From Elusimicrobiota bacterium (GTDB taxonomy: Bacteria; Elusimicrobiota; Endomicrobiia; Endomicrobiales; Endomicrobiaceae), in assembly GCA_017528425.1 (NCBI GenBank), contig JAFXOV010000003.1:25174-89173 (forward strand): 64,000 nt of DNA, read 5' to 3'. How positions within the stretch are numbered: position 1 is the stretch's first letter; each line of letters starts with the position of its first letter. Positions 7,251-16,612 of the stretch are shown in pieces. The notes below the pieces were generated by a model that was given only the letters and a program-made list of their open reading frames with translations, had not been told where the DNA came from and made no database searches. The translations under genes were made by a program, and so were the position numbers.

Positions 7251-9893
7251 TTATTTGCTTTCCTGTTTGTTCGCATCTTCTTCAATCTTTTTCAATTCTT
7301 CTTTTAATGCTTTTTCTTTTTCCGCCTGTGCAGCTTTTATTTTTTCCTGCTCGATTTTTGCTTCTGTTTTTGCTTTATCGTTTGCATGCTTTTCCGCTAA
7401 TTTTACTTTTTCTATTTCGGCATTTGCATGAGCTCTTGCTTTATTATTTGCTTCCTTTTCCGCCGCTTTTATTTTTGCTTCTTCGGCTTTAAACTCATTC
7501 GATGCCTTTGCTATTGCTTCTTTTTCTATGGCCTTAATTCTTTCTTCTTCCTTTTGTGATGCCAACTTTCTTTCAGCTTTTATTTTTTCCGTTATTTCTT
7601 TTTCCGCTTCTTTCTTTGCTGCTTCTATTCTTTTTGCTTCTTCTTTTGCCGCTAATTTTTCAGCTGCTTTTTTCTCTGCTTGGAGTTTTTTTGCTGCCGC
7701 CTTTTCTTCGGCTTCAAGTTTCTTTAATTCCTCTTTTGATAAACCTTCTCTTGCTGCCATTTCAGCTTTCAATTTCTCTTCTTCGGCTCTTATCTGTTCC
7801 GCCGTTTTTGCTTGTGAAGCTTCGAACATAGCTGCCTGTTCTTTTTCGGCTTTTATCTGATCTTTCATTTTATTTTCTGCATCTTTAACAGCGTCTTTAA
7901 TTTTCTTTGCATCTTCTTTGGCTGCTTGTTTATCTGCTGCTTTTTTCTCTGCCATAAGTCTTTTTGTCTCTGCTTTTGCTGCATCTTCTTTTTGTTTTTG
8001 TATTGTTTTTAATTTTTCAATCTCTGCATTTGCTTGAGCTTTTGCTTTATCATTTTCTGTTTTTTCTGCTACCTTTATTTTTTCAATCTCGGCTTTTGCT
8101 TGAGCTTTTGCTTTCTCGTTTGCTTGTCTTTCTGCTGTTTTTACTTTTTCTTGAGCAATTTTTGCCTCAGCTTTTGCTTTGTCTTTTGCTTGTTTTTCTA
8201 TAGCCTTTTCTTTTTCTTTTGCAGCTTTTTCGGCAGCTTTAACTTTTTCTTTTTCTTCTTTTGCCTTTGCAGCTTGTTCTGCTTTTATTTTCTTTTCTTG
8301 TTCTTTTAACTCTTTTGCTTTTGCAGCCTGTTCAGCCTTTAGCTTTTCTTTTTCGGTTTTTGCTTTTTCTTTTGCTTCCTTTTCGGCTGCTTTAGCTTTC
8401 TCTTTTGCAGTCTTCGCATCTTCTTTAACAGCCTGTTCAGTACTTGCAGCTTCTTCTTTTATCTCGTTTTCTTTCTCGGCTATCTCGTTTTTGATATTCT
8501 CTTCTTCCGTCTTTACTGCAGTTTCTATTTTTTCTTTTTCCGCACTTACTTGTTCTTTTACATCATTTTCTTTCTTTTCTGCATCTTCTTTTATTGCTTG
8601 CTCATTTTTAACAATTTCATCTTTGGTTTCTTTTATTTCTTCTTTAACATTTGCTTCGGTTGCTTCGGCATTATCTTTTATATCTGCAACTACGACACCC
8701 GAAGATGTTTTTACCTCGGTTGAAACATCCGACTTATCTTTTTTCAATGATTTTATAGGTTCCAAAGATGCATCCATGCCGATTGTTTCACCGAAAGCAT
8801 CACTGTTTAATTCTTTTAATTTCGTTGCAGCCAACTCATGTCCTTGATCTGCTGCCATTTTAAACCATTTTTTTGCTTCATTTAAATCTTGTTTTACACC
8901 CTGACCTTCAGCATACATAAATCCTATCATATATTGTGCATCCGGATCTTTCTTTAATCTGTTATATTCCAGATAATAATCCATAGCTTCTTTATAATCT
9001 TTTTCTACTTCATATCCGTTATAATACATTTCTCCCAACATATAAATGGCATCGTCATTACCGTTAACCATTGCTCTTCTGAAATATTCCAAAGATGCAA
9101 CCAAATCTATTTTTCCGGTTTCACCTTTATAGTAAATAAGTCCTAATGAATATTCGGCGTCGGCATTTCCCTGATTTGCCGCTTCATCATACCATTTTAA
9201 TGCTGCTTTATAATTTTCCCTGTCATAATAATAATTACCTAACTCGTTTTCTGCCTTCGCATATCCTTGGTTAGCTGATTCTTTATAATATTGCAAAGCT
9301 TTTTCTTCATTTTTAGGAGTTCCCTGTCCCTTTCTATACATTTCGGCTAAACAAAACTGAGCTCTTTTATCTCCCTGTTCTGCCGCTTTCAAATACCATT
9401 TATATGCTTTTTCATAATCTTTTTGTACCAATCTTCCGTTATAATACAAATCTCCGAGATAATATTGTGCTTCATAAAATCCGTATGCTGCGGATTCTTC
9501 ATAATATTTCAAAGCTTTTTCGTCGTCTTTGGTTGTAGCTCTTGCATTTTCATACATTTCACCGAGATAAAACTTTGCTTCTCCCACACCTTGCTCCGAT
9601 GCTTTTTGATACCATTTAAAAGCTTCTTTATCACTTTGATGAACATTGCCCGAACCGCTGGCACATAAACCTGCTAATTCATATTGTGCCTGAGCATGTC
9701 CCTGTTGAGCGGCTTTTTTAAACCACTCATATGCTTGAACATAATTTTGTCCTACTCCTTCGCCGTGAAGATATTGCATTCCTATCTCATACTGCGAACT
9801 GGCATTCTTTTCGTTTTCGTTAACAACCGCTGCCATAACATAAGTAACACCGGACAAAAGTGCAACCATAATCAAACTGACCAATTTTTTCAT
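7251..9893 (-). CDS. Secreted Sel1-like-repeat protein fused to a ~475-aa Lys/Glu/Ala-rich coiled-coil tail
   Basis: 880 aa. Signal peptide MKKLVSLIMVALLSGVTYVMA. About 9 Sel1 units carry the signature G.GV.Q[ND]Y..A..W[FY].KAA.QG (aa ~33-360). From aa ~405 to the end the sequence is AEKEAKEKAKxE-type repeats. Confidence 0.85.
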   Translation of the reverse strand: MKKLVSLIMVALLSGVTYVMAAVVNENEKNASSQYEIGMQYLHGEGVGQNYVQAYEWFKKAAQQGHAQAQYELAGLCASGSGNVHQSDKEAFKWYQKASEQGVGEAKFYLGEMYENARATTKDDEKALKYYEESAAYGFYEAQYYLGDLYYNGRLVQKDYEKAYKWYLKAAEQGDKRAQFCLAEMYRKGQGTPKNEEKALQYYKESANQGYAKAENELGNYYYDRENYKAALKWYDEAANQGNADAEYSLGLIYYKGETGKIDLVASLEYFRRAMVNGNDDAIYMLGEMYYNGYEVEKDYKEAMDYYLEYNRLKKDPDAQYMIGFMYAEGQGVKQDLNEAKKWFKMAADQGHELAATKLKELNSDAFGETIGMDASLEPIKSLKKDKSDVSTEVKTSSGVVVADIKDNAEATEANVKEEIKETKDEIVKNEQAIKEDAEKKENDVKEQVSAEKEKIETAVKTEEENIKNEIAEKENEIKEEAASTEQAVKEDAKTAKEKAKAAEKEAKEKAKTEKEKLKAEQAAKAKELKEQEKKIKAEQAAKAKEEKEKVKAAEKAAKEKEKAIEKQAKDKAKAEAKIAQEKVKTAERQANEKAKAQAKAEIEKIKVAEKTENDKAKAQANAEIEKLKTIQKQKEDAAKAETKRLMAEKKAADKQAAKEDAKKIKDAVKDAENKMKDQIKAEKEQAAMFEASQAKTAEQIRAEEEKLKAEMAAREGLSKEELKKLEAEEKAAAKKLQAEKKAAEKLAAKEEAKRIEAAKKEAEKEITEKIKAERKLASQKEEERIKAIEKEAIAKASNEFKAEEAKIKAAEKEANNKARAHANAEIEKVKLAEKHANDKAKTEAKIEQEKIKAAQAEKEKALKEELKKIEEDANKQESK
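7254..8681 (-). repeat. Degenerate in-frame tandem/dispersed coding repeats (~60 nt units) encoding the KEA coiled-coil
   Basis: Near-identical units include ttttcaatctctgcatttgcttgagcttttgctttatc (about 8018-8055), tttttcaatctcggcttttgcttgagcttttgctttctc (about 8080-8118) and a related copy at about 7400-7440. The peptide repeats are A[EK]K.ANDKAKAQA.AEIEK.K. Confidence 0.75.
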
Positions 9894-9916
9894 ACTTCCT
9901 CCAAAAATATATTATT

Positions 9917-10804
9917 TTAATAATGTTTTAATGCTTTTTCTTGTCTATATTTAAAAAACTTTATTAATTCCGATATATAGGGTTTATCCGTATATATATT
10001 CATTACGTCTGTTTTTGCCGCTTTAAATGTTTCATCCAAATAATTTTCGTGTAATCTTAAATTTTTATAATATTCATTTCTAACATCTTTAGACGAAAAA
10101 TCTATATCCGTAAACAATCCGGTTTCTGCATCTTGTATCCCGAAAATCCCCTTTTCCGGAATATTTTGTTCTTTGGGATCCGAAATTTTTATACAAACCA
10201 AATCATGTTTTTTCGCGGTAACTTTTAACATTCTATCAAAATTCTCATCATAGAAATCAGATATTAAGAAAATTAAAGCTTTTCTTTTACAAAGTCTGTT
10301 CAAAGACTTCAACGCATTTTCAATACTCGTTTTATCGTTTTGCGGTTTATAACTCAAAATTATATCTATTAGTCGCAAAATATGTTTTTTGTTTTTTTTA
10401 GGTTTTATGTACTGCTCAACCTCGTCCGTAAAAGTCAAAAGACCTGCTCTGTCACTGTTTTTAAGTGCCGAAAAAGCAAGCACAGCAGTAAGCTCCGCAA
10501 TCAAATCGTTTTTTGTAACAGTTTTGCTTCCAAACTGTCCCGAAGCACTTAAATCAACAACAAACATTACTGTCTGTTCCCTTTCTTCGTCATATTTTTT
10601 TATGTAAGGTTTATTTCTTCTGGCTGTAACATTCCAAGAAATTCTTCTTACATCATCACCGGGAACATATTCTCTTACTTCACTGAATTCCAAACCCTGA
10701 CCTTTAAAAACACTATGGTATTTCCCCGAGAAAACATCATCAACAAGTTTTTTTGATCTGAGTTCTATTTTTTTTATTTTTGATAATATTTCTGATTTTA
10801 ACAA
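9917..10804 (-). CDS. DUF58 family protein (VWA-like partner of MoxR)
   Basis: 295 aa. The hallmark stretch EFSEVREYVPGDDVRRISWNVTAR is followed by VMFVVDLSASG. It lies directly downstream of the MoxR ATPase. Confidence 0.85.
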   Translation of the reverse strand: MLKSEILSKIKKIELRSKKLVDDVFSGKYHSVFKGQGLEFSEVREYVPGDDVRRISWNVTARRNKPYIKKYDEEREQTVMFVVDLSASGQFGSKTVTKNDLIAELTAVLAFSALKNSDRAGLLTFTDEVEQYIKPKKNKKHILRLIDIILSYKPQNDKTSIENALKSLNRLCKRKALIFLISDFYDENFDRMLKVTAKKHDLVCIKISDPKEQNIPEKGIFGIQDAETGLFTDIDFSSKDVRNEYYKNLRLHENYLDETFKAAKTDVMNIYTDKPYISELIKFFKYRQEKALKHY

Positions 10805-10856
10805 TCTTATTATCCTTAATTTAATTACTCTTCAGCCACTATCGTCATCTATAATT

Positions 10857-11852
10857 TTACGGTACTTCAACACCGTCAAAAATTTGTTTTATTATATCAT
10901 CACTCGTCAATTCCTGTGCATCCGCATCATAAGTTGTAAGAACTCTGTGCCTTAAAACATCCGGACCTATATCTTTAATATCTTCCGGCGTTACAAATCC
11001 TCTTCCTTTTAAAAATGCCAGAGCTTTTCCTGCTCTGTTCAAATTAATCGTAGCTCTTGGAGATGCTCCGAAAGCTATAAGATTTTTTAAATTTTCAAGA
11101 CCGTATTTTTCCGGTTTTCTTGTTGCAATAACAATATCGACTATATAATTTTTTACTTTCTCATCAACATATATTTCATCAACAGCCTGCTTTGCTTCCT
11201 CTAAATCTTTTAATGTTATAACCTGATTTACTTCTATCTTTTTTCTTGTGGAATATCTGTCTAAAATTGCTCTTTCTTCCTGTTCTGTCGGATAATCCAA
11301 CTTTAACTTAAGCATAAATCTGTCAACTTGAGCTTCCGCCAACGGATATGTTCCTTCCTGTTCTATAGGGTTTTGTGTTGCCAAAACCAAAAAAGGATTC
11401 GGTAACGGATATGTTACATCTCCTATTGTAACTTGTTTTTCCTGCATAGCTTCCAAAAAGGCACTTTGAACTTTTGCCGGTGCTCTGTTAATTTCGTCTG
11501 CCAATATAAAATTTGAAAAAACAGGGCCTTTTTTTACATTAAAATCTCCCTGTTTTGAATCGTATATAAGAGTTCCCGTTAAATCAGAAGGTAATAAATC
11601 CGGAGTAAATTGTATTCTTTTAAAATCTCCCGATACCGCCTTTGCCATTGTATTTACAGCTAAAGTCTTTGCCAGCCCCGGAACACCTTCCAACAAAATA
11701 TGTCCGTCGGATAGCAAGCCTACCAACATTCTTTCAAGAATATAGGTTTGTCCGACAATAACTTTTGACACTTCACTTAAAAGTCCCATTATGGACAAAG
11801 ATTGCTGTTTTACCTTCTCGTTTAAACTTTTAATATCAATACTTTCTGCCAT
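10857..11852 (-). CDS. moxR: MoxR-family AAA+ ATPase
   Basis: 331 aa. Walker A LLEGVPGLAKT, Walker B/sensor ILADEINRAPAKVQSAFLEAMQE, and VLATQNP. There is a strong SD (GAGAGGTGGAG) upstream. Confidence 0.92.
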   Translation of the reverse strand: MAESIDIKSLNEKVKQQSLSIMGLLSEVSKVIVGQTYILERMLVGLLSDGHILLEGVPGLAKTLAVNTMAKAVSGDFKRIQFTPDLLPSDLTGTLIYDSKQGDFNVKKGPVFSNFILADEINRAPAKVQSAFLEAMQEKQVTIGDVTYPLPNPFLVLATQNPIEQEGTYPLAEAQVDRFMLKLKLDYPTEQEERAILDRYSTRKKIEVNQVITLKDLEEAKQAVDEIYVDEKVKNYIVDIVIATRKPEKYGLENLKNLIAFGASPRATINLNRAGKALAFLKGRGFVTPEDIKDIGPDVLRHRVLTTYDADAQELTSDDIIKQIFDGVEVP

Positions 11853-11914
11853 TTTAACTCTCCACCTCTCTATATTGCATATTAATTAAAATTTTAAAGC
11901 ATCGATGACTATAT

Positions 11915-12208
11915 TTATCCGGCCAATATTTCAAGAACTTTTTTTACAGGCATATTCATACTTATACCAAGTTCTTGAGCTTTTGCCGTAATAGCAACAA
12001 CATTCGAATTAAGAATATCTTCTATCGTTTTTACTCCCGTAACGATACAAGCAACATCATTTCTCTTTTGAGCCGTATTTATATTCAAATAACCGCACAT
12101 AATATAACCTTTTTTACCGGTAATAACCAACAATTTAGTCTCATCACACAAATCTAATTCTATGCCCTTAAAAACCGTATTCTTTACTTTTATTTCTTTC
12201 GTTACCAT
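11915..12208 (-). CDS. DUF1805 (YunC-like) small protein
   Basis: 97 aa. The pattern KGYIMCGYLNI...VACIVTGVKTIEDIL...V..IT.KAQELGI matches my recollection of the YunC/DUF1805 family. Confidence 0.6.
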   Translation of the reverse strand: MVTKEIKVKNTVFKGIELDLCDETKLLVITGKKGYIMCGYLNINTAQKRNDVACIVTGVKTIEDILNSNVVAITAKAQELGISMNMPVKKVLEILAG

Positions 12209-12287
12209 CTAAATTTTCCTTAATATATTTTTTAGACTATCCCATTACTTACTTTGTTACTTTTTTATATTTTATTACAAAACAATT

Positions 12288-14489
12288 TTACACTGTCCAC
12301 GACAAAACATTAAAATTCTTAACCGGTTTAGGTAAAATAACCGAAGATTGGTACGGCCATCTTTCAACTTCCATACTATCCTTATCTACACTAACCGTAA
12401 ATTCCATATTGTTATAATCTTTAGGAAATTCCAAAATTTCCAAAGGAATTTTCAGTTCTATTATCGAATTAAATTTTATATTATCTATCGGCAATTCCTT
12501 CTTTTCTTTTCTGCCTTCATAATAAACATCAAATCCCGTCACATTATGTTCTATATCAAATTTAAAAGAAACTTTAGTTTTTGCAGGTTCTAAAAAGTTA
12601 ATATTGAAACTAAAATTTTCTATTTCTTTAGACTTTTGTTCGATGTTTAGTTCTAATGCCAAATATATATTTCCCAAATCAAAACCGAAATTAAACGATT
12701 TTATCGTACTGGCAACCTGATGCATCGAACCGCCGGTTTGACCTACTATATACAAACCAGCTCTTTTCCATTCGAAGAAATTTGTGATTTCTCCGTCTAT
12801 AACAGGAGTTATCAAAGACGTCGGCATTATAAAATTACCGCTACGACTATTTGACATGTGTTGCTGACCTTTAATAGCTTTATGCAAATAGTCAGGGATT
12901 TTTTCGTTTAATAAAGAATATATTGCCATTAAATGTTTTCTAAACAATAAATCAAACATTCCGTCATTACCGGAAGAATGATCGTCTCCATACCACCAGT
13001 TCCAGTCTGACCCTTCCGCGGCATACAAAATTTTCCATACTTGTTTTTCCAAGTCGCTACCTGCAAACTCAGGATGATTTTTTGTATATTCAACTATAAA
13101 GTCCCTTGTTTGTCCTACATATTGCCAAGAAGTATTATCTTCGTTGTGCCCAATCCATATACCGAAATTTCCGTTTATCCAAGAGCCTGCCATCAAATGT
13201 GTCAGAGTATCTCTGGGCGGAAATCTGTTTAAATAATCAGTTATGGTTACTGTTTCAATTTCATTATCGCTGTTCAATGCGGCGTACAGTTTAGACAAGA
13301 AATCTCTACCGTCGTTTCTATAATATTCCCAACAATTTTCCCCGTCGAGTATTACGGAAACCAACGGATGTTCATATTCCTCCGAAGCATAATTACCTAT
13401 ATTTTTTATTTTAGTCACAAAATCTCTCACGGCATCATCTGGATTCCATTTAGAATAAACAAATCCTATAGAATCAGATAAACCATGATCTCTGAAAATA
13501 ATGTTTGTATGTTTACCGTCAACCGTCACATTGTAAGGTCTGAACAAACTTCTTCTGTTTTCACAAGCTCTTCCGGAACTTCCGCTCAATATTGCTTCAT
13601 CGGTTGCTATCCATCTTATTCCGTTATCGGATACTATTTTTACAACTTCATCACAAACAGATCCTTCGGAAGGCCACATTCCCGTAGGCTTTCTTCCGAA
13701 TAGTTTTTCATAATATTCAATAGCTGATTGAACTTGCCATACGGCATCTTCTCTGTGAGAAAATCTTTTTTTAGGCAAAACAATGTTAGGTGTTGCATCC
13801 AAAGCATTGTTTGTATCGCATAACAAAGGAAGTATAGGATGATAAAAAGGTGTTACGGAAACTTCTATTTGTCCCTTATCCTGTAATTCTTTATGTTTAG
13901 AAACTATTTTTCCGCAAATCTCAAGTTGTTTTTCTATCAATTTATGTTTTTCATCTTCGGTAAAATCTCTTCCTTTCACATACAAATAGTTAATATATTC
14001 GTCTTGTTGCCTCCAATAAGGATCAAACCAAGATAAATTAAACCACACTTGCAAATCTCTTATATCTTCATTTTTAAAGTAATTCAATATTCTTCTAACG
14101 TCAGCTTCACTGGTTTGTTTTCCTCTTTTTTCCAATAACTGATAATATCTGTTATACGGAAAAACCATAGTTTCCCAGTTTGCCATGAAAAAATTCATAA
14201 GAATAAAAACTTTTTCATCGTCGGACAATTCCAAAACCGGCTTCAATGTTAAATCTAAAAATTTATCTTTAGCTATACCTTTGGAATATTCGTCAAGTTG
14301 AACCAACAAAGACGGAACCAAATTAATATTTGCTTTTACTCTCGGATAATCTTCTAAAATCGCAACCATATCGTAATAATCTTTGGTTGCGTGAAGTCTT
14401 ACCCACGGTAATTCGTAAGTATTATTTAACGGATTCTTATATATCGGCTGATGTTGATGCCATAAAAAAGCTAAATATACTTTCTTCAT
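12288..14489 (-). CDS. Glycoside hydrolase family 57 protein (alpha-amylase / 4-alpha-glucanotransferase-like, long form)
   Basis: 733 aa. The N-terminus LAFLWHQHQPIYKN...WVRLHATKDYYDM is typical of GH57. Further motifs are SVTPFYHPILPLL and GMWPSEGSV. Confidence 0.85.
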   Translation of the reverse strand: MKKVYLAFLWHQHQPIYKNPLNNTYELPWVRLHATKDYYDMVAILEDYPRVKANINLVPSLLVQLDEYSKGIAKDKFLDLTLKPVLELSDDEKVFILMNFFMANWETMVFPYNRYYQLLEKRGKQTSEADVRRILNYFKNEDIRDLQVWFNLSWFDPYWRQQDEYINYLYVKGRDFTEDEKHKLIEKQLEICGKIVSKHKELQDKGQIEVSVTPFYHPILPLLCDTNNALDATPNIVLPKKRFSHREDAVWQVQSAIEYYEKLFGRKPTGMWPSEGSVCDEVVKIVSDNGIRWIATDEAILSGSSGRACENRRSLFRPYNVTVDGKHTNIIFRDHGLSDSIGFVYSKWNPDDAVRDFVTKIKNIGNYASEEYEHPLVSVILDGENCWEYYRNDGRDFLSKLYAALNSDNEIETVTITDYLNRFPPRDTLTHLMAGSWINGNFGIWIGHNEDNTSWQYVGQTRDFIVEYTKNHPEFAGSDLEKQVWKILYAAEGSDWNWWYGDDHSSGNDGMFDLLFRKHLMAIYSLLNEKIPDYLHKAIKGQQHMSNSRSGNFIMPTSLITPVIDGEITNFFEWKRAGLYIVGQTGGSMHQVASTIKSFNFGFDLGNIYLALELNIEQKSKEIENFSFNINFLEPAKTKVSFKFDIEHNVTGFDVYYEGRKEKKELPIDNIKFNSIIELKIPLEILEFPKDYNNMEFTVSVDKDSMEVERWPYQSSVILPKPVKNFNVLSWTV

Positions 14490-14509
14490 TAAAAAACCCC
14501 AAAACCAGT

Positions 14510-15163
14510 TTAATTTGCTTTTTCTTCTGTCTGTTCTGCTTGTTCTGTCTGTTCTGTTTGATCGGCTTTTAATCTTTGAGGATATTTCGTTAACAATTCT
14601 CCATATACCTCTTTAGCTTCATCTTGCTTTCCGGCTAATTCGTACAATCTTGCTAAATTTTCCATCACAGAAGGAACTAAATAGTTATCTGGATATTTTG
14701 CCAAGAAATCTTTTGAAAGGGTAATCGCTTGTTCCACATTATTGTTATCATCATACAAAGAAATCAATAAAGGATATCCTATAGGTCTTACGGAAACCGG
14801 TACCGCTCTTTCTATATAAAATTTCAACAAAGCTTCAGCCTCTTCATATTTTTTGTCGAACAACAAATTACTTGCTTTAATTATAATCGCCCTAAATGCC
14901 GCGGGTGTATTACGATATGTTATAATAATATCGTTTATTAAAGAGAGTCCTTGTTCTAAATTTCCGGAAGCAATTATTTTTGTAGCCGTATCCAATTTGT
15001 CGGATGCGGCAGCTCTTACCATTTGTATTCTTACACAAACAAAAGTTATTATCAAAGCTACCACTATTACACTTATGATAGTACCAAAAAAAGGATTTTT
15101 ATTTCTTTTAATCCAATTAATAACATCAACAATTGCCGAATTTTCCTGTTTTTCCATTTCCAT
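14510..15163 (-). CDS. Membrane-anchored TPR-like protein (YfgM-like architecture)
   Basis: 217 aa. A short cytoplasmic N-terminus, one TM helix (FFGTIISVIVVALIITFVCV), a helical TPR-like periplasmic domain (..KYPDNYLVPSVMENLARLYELAGKQDEAKEVY..) and a (QTE)n tail. Confidence 0.55.
   Translation of the reverse strand: MEMEKQENSAIVDVINWIKRNKNPFFGTIISVIVVALIITFVCVRIQMVRAAASDKLDTATKIIASGNLEQGLSLINDIIITYRNTPAAFRAIIIKASNLLFDKKYEEAEALLKFYIERAVPVSVRPIGYPLLISLYDDNNNVEQAITLSKDFLAKYPDNYLVPSVMENLARLYELAGKQDEAKEVYGELLTKYPQRLKADQTEQTEQAEQTEEKAN
14525..14560 (-). repeat. Four tandem 9-nt units (ttctgtctg / ttctgcttg / ttctgtctg / ttctgtttg) encoding (QTE/QAE)n at the C-terminus of the TPR-like protein
   Basis: Counted directly in the sequence. 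The units are in frame (multiples of 3) and translate as ..ADQTEQTEQAEQTEEKAN. Confidence 0.85.
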
Positions 15164-15166
15164 TTT

Positions 15167-15820
15167 TTATCCTCTGTTTTTTGAAGCAACAATATCGTAA
15201 GAATTTTGTTGCATAATATTAAAATATTCCAAATCCAAACCGGATTGTTTTAAAGTATTTTCTATTTTTGTTTTATCCATCAAGTTTTCAGGTTCATGAG
15301 AATCTGTATTTAAAATAAGTTTTGCTCCGCACTCCAATGCCAAAGATGCAACTTCTTTGTTTGTTGCATTATGTCCGCATCTTGTAGTAATTTCCAAACA
15401 AACATTATTCTCTTTTGCAAGCATAACATCTTCTTTTGTTATATGTCCCGGGTGAGCAAGAATGTCTATTCCCGCTTGAACGGCATAATGGTTTGTTGTA
15501 GGTGGTACTGTTTCCGCAACGGTTTCACCATGAACCACAATAATTTGCGCTCCCAAACTTTTACATTTGTCTGCCATATCTTTTATAAGTTTCGGAGGAA
15601 CATAAGTTATTTCCACACCGGGAAGAACCTGAAGATCATATTGTTCCTGCAAAATTGCAGCAACTTTTATTATTCTCGGTATAACATAATCGTAAGTCGA
15701 ATAGTCAACATGGTCGGTCAAAGCAATAGTTTTATATCCTTTAAACTTTGCTCTGTATACCAACTCACTTGGCAACAAAACTCCATCAGAAAATAATGTG
15801 TGCGTATGTAAATCTATCAT
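15167..15820 (-). CDS. PHP-domain metal-dependent phosphoesterase (histidinol-phosphatase-like)
   Basis: 217 aa. N-terminal MIDLHTHTLFSDG, with later conserved His/Asp residues (LTDHVDY, VVHGE, LAHPGH, NTDSH). Confidence 0.75.
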   Translation of the reverse strand: MIDLHTHTLFSDGVLLPSELVYRAKFKGYKTIALTDHVDYSTYDYVIPRIIKVAAILQEQYDLQVLPGVEITYVPPKLIKDMADKCKSLGAQIIVVHGETVAETVPPTTNHYAVQAGIDILAHPGHITKEDVMLAKENNVCLEITTRCGHNATNKEVASLALECGAKLILNTDSHEPENLMDKTKIENTLKQSGLDLEYFNIMQQNSYDIVASKNRG

Positions 15821-15844
15821 AACTGAAATATTATATCATTTTTA

Positions 15845-16594
15845 TTAATTTTTTATAACTGTTCCGTTAAGTTTTTTTATACCGCTTACACCATCAACAA
15901 TTAAAACTTCTTTAACACCTTTTTCCACCGCTTGTTTACAACTGTTTATTTTCGGTATCATTCCGCCTGTAATAACTTCCGTTTTTATAAGATTATCAAC
16001 TTCATTTATTTTTATTTCCTGTATAGTTTTTTTATCTTTATCGAGAACACCGGCAACATCGGTTAAAAAAATAAGTTTTGCAGCTTTAAAAGATATAGCA
16101 ATATTTGTTGCCAACGTATCGGCATTTATGTTTAATGCACGTGTATCTTCCGCCATACCTACCGAAGAAATAACCGGGAAAAATCCGCCGTTTATTAATG
16201 TTTCTATCAAATTTATATTTATTTTTACCGGTTCACCTACAAAGCCCAACTCTTTTTTCACGTCGCAAACGGCAATTGCACCGTCTCTTGCCGATATTCC
16301 AACCGCTTTAACACCGCAACTTATAAGTTCTGCCGTTAACATTTTGTTTACTTTTCCGCTTAAAGCCATTTCCACGGCTTCCAACGTTTGTTCATCGGTA
16401 TATCTTAAACCGTTTACAAATTTAGACTCTATGTTTAATCTTGAAAGCAAATTATTTATTTCCGGCCCACCGCCGTGAACAAGAACTATTTTTTGCGTTT
16501 TGGAAATTTCCGCCAACTCTTTTATAAATTTTTTCTGAGCATCCTTGTTTTTTGTTAAACTTCCGCCGAACTTGATTACCGTAATATCGTTCAT
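15845..16594 (-). CDS. argB: Acetylglutamate kinase
   Basis: 249 aa. Motifs are VIKFGGS, VLVHGGGPEIN, GLRYTDEQTLEAVEMALSGKVNK and NINADTLA. Confidence 0.85.
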   Translation of the reverse strand: MNDITVIKFGGSLTKNKDAQKKFIKELAEISKTQKIVLVHGGGPEINNLLSRLNIESKFVNGLRYTDEQTLEAVEMALSGKVNKMLTAELISCGVKAVGISARDGAIAVCDVKKELGFVGEPVKININLIETLINGGFFPVISSVGMAEDTRALNINADTLATNIAISFKAAKLIFLTDVAGVLDKDKKTIQEIKINEVDNLIKTEVITGGMIPKINSCKQAVEKGVKEVLIVDGVSGIKKLNGTVIKN

Positions 16595-16612
16595 CTAATC
16601 CCCCAAAAAAGG

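Noticed and set aside
7210-8847. Plus-strand ORFs inside the Sel1/coiled-coil gene (for example 8179-8847, 222 aa, S/F/A-rich), and the thought that the ~60-nt repeats might be a CRISPR-like array
   Set aside because: The repeats are degenerate, lack unique spacers, and are in frame with a continuous 880-aa minus-strand ORF. The plus-strand ORFs are mirror images of K/E/A codons.
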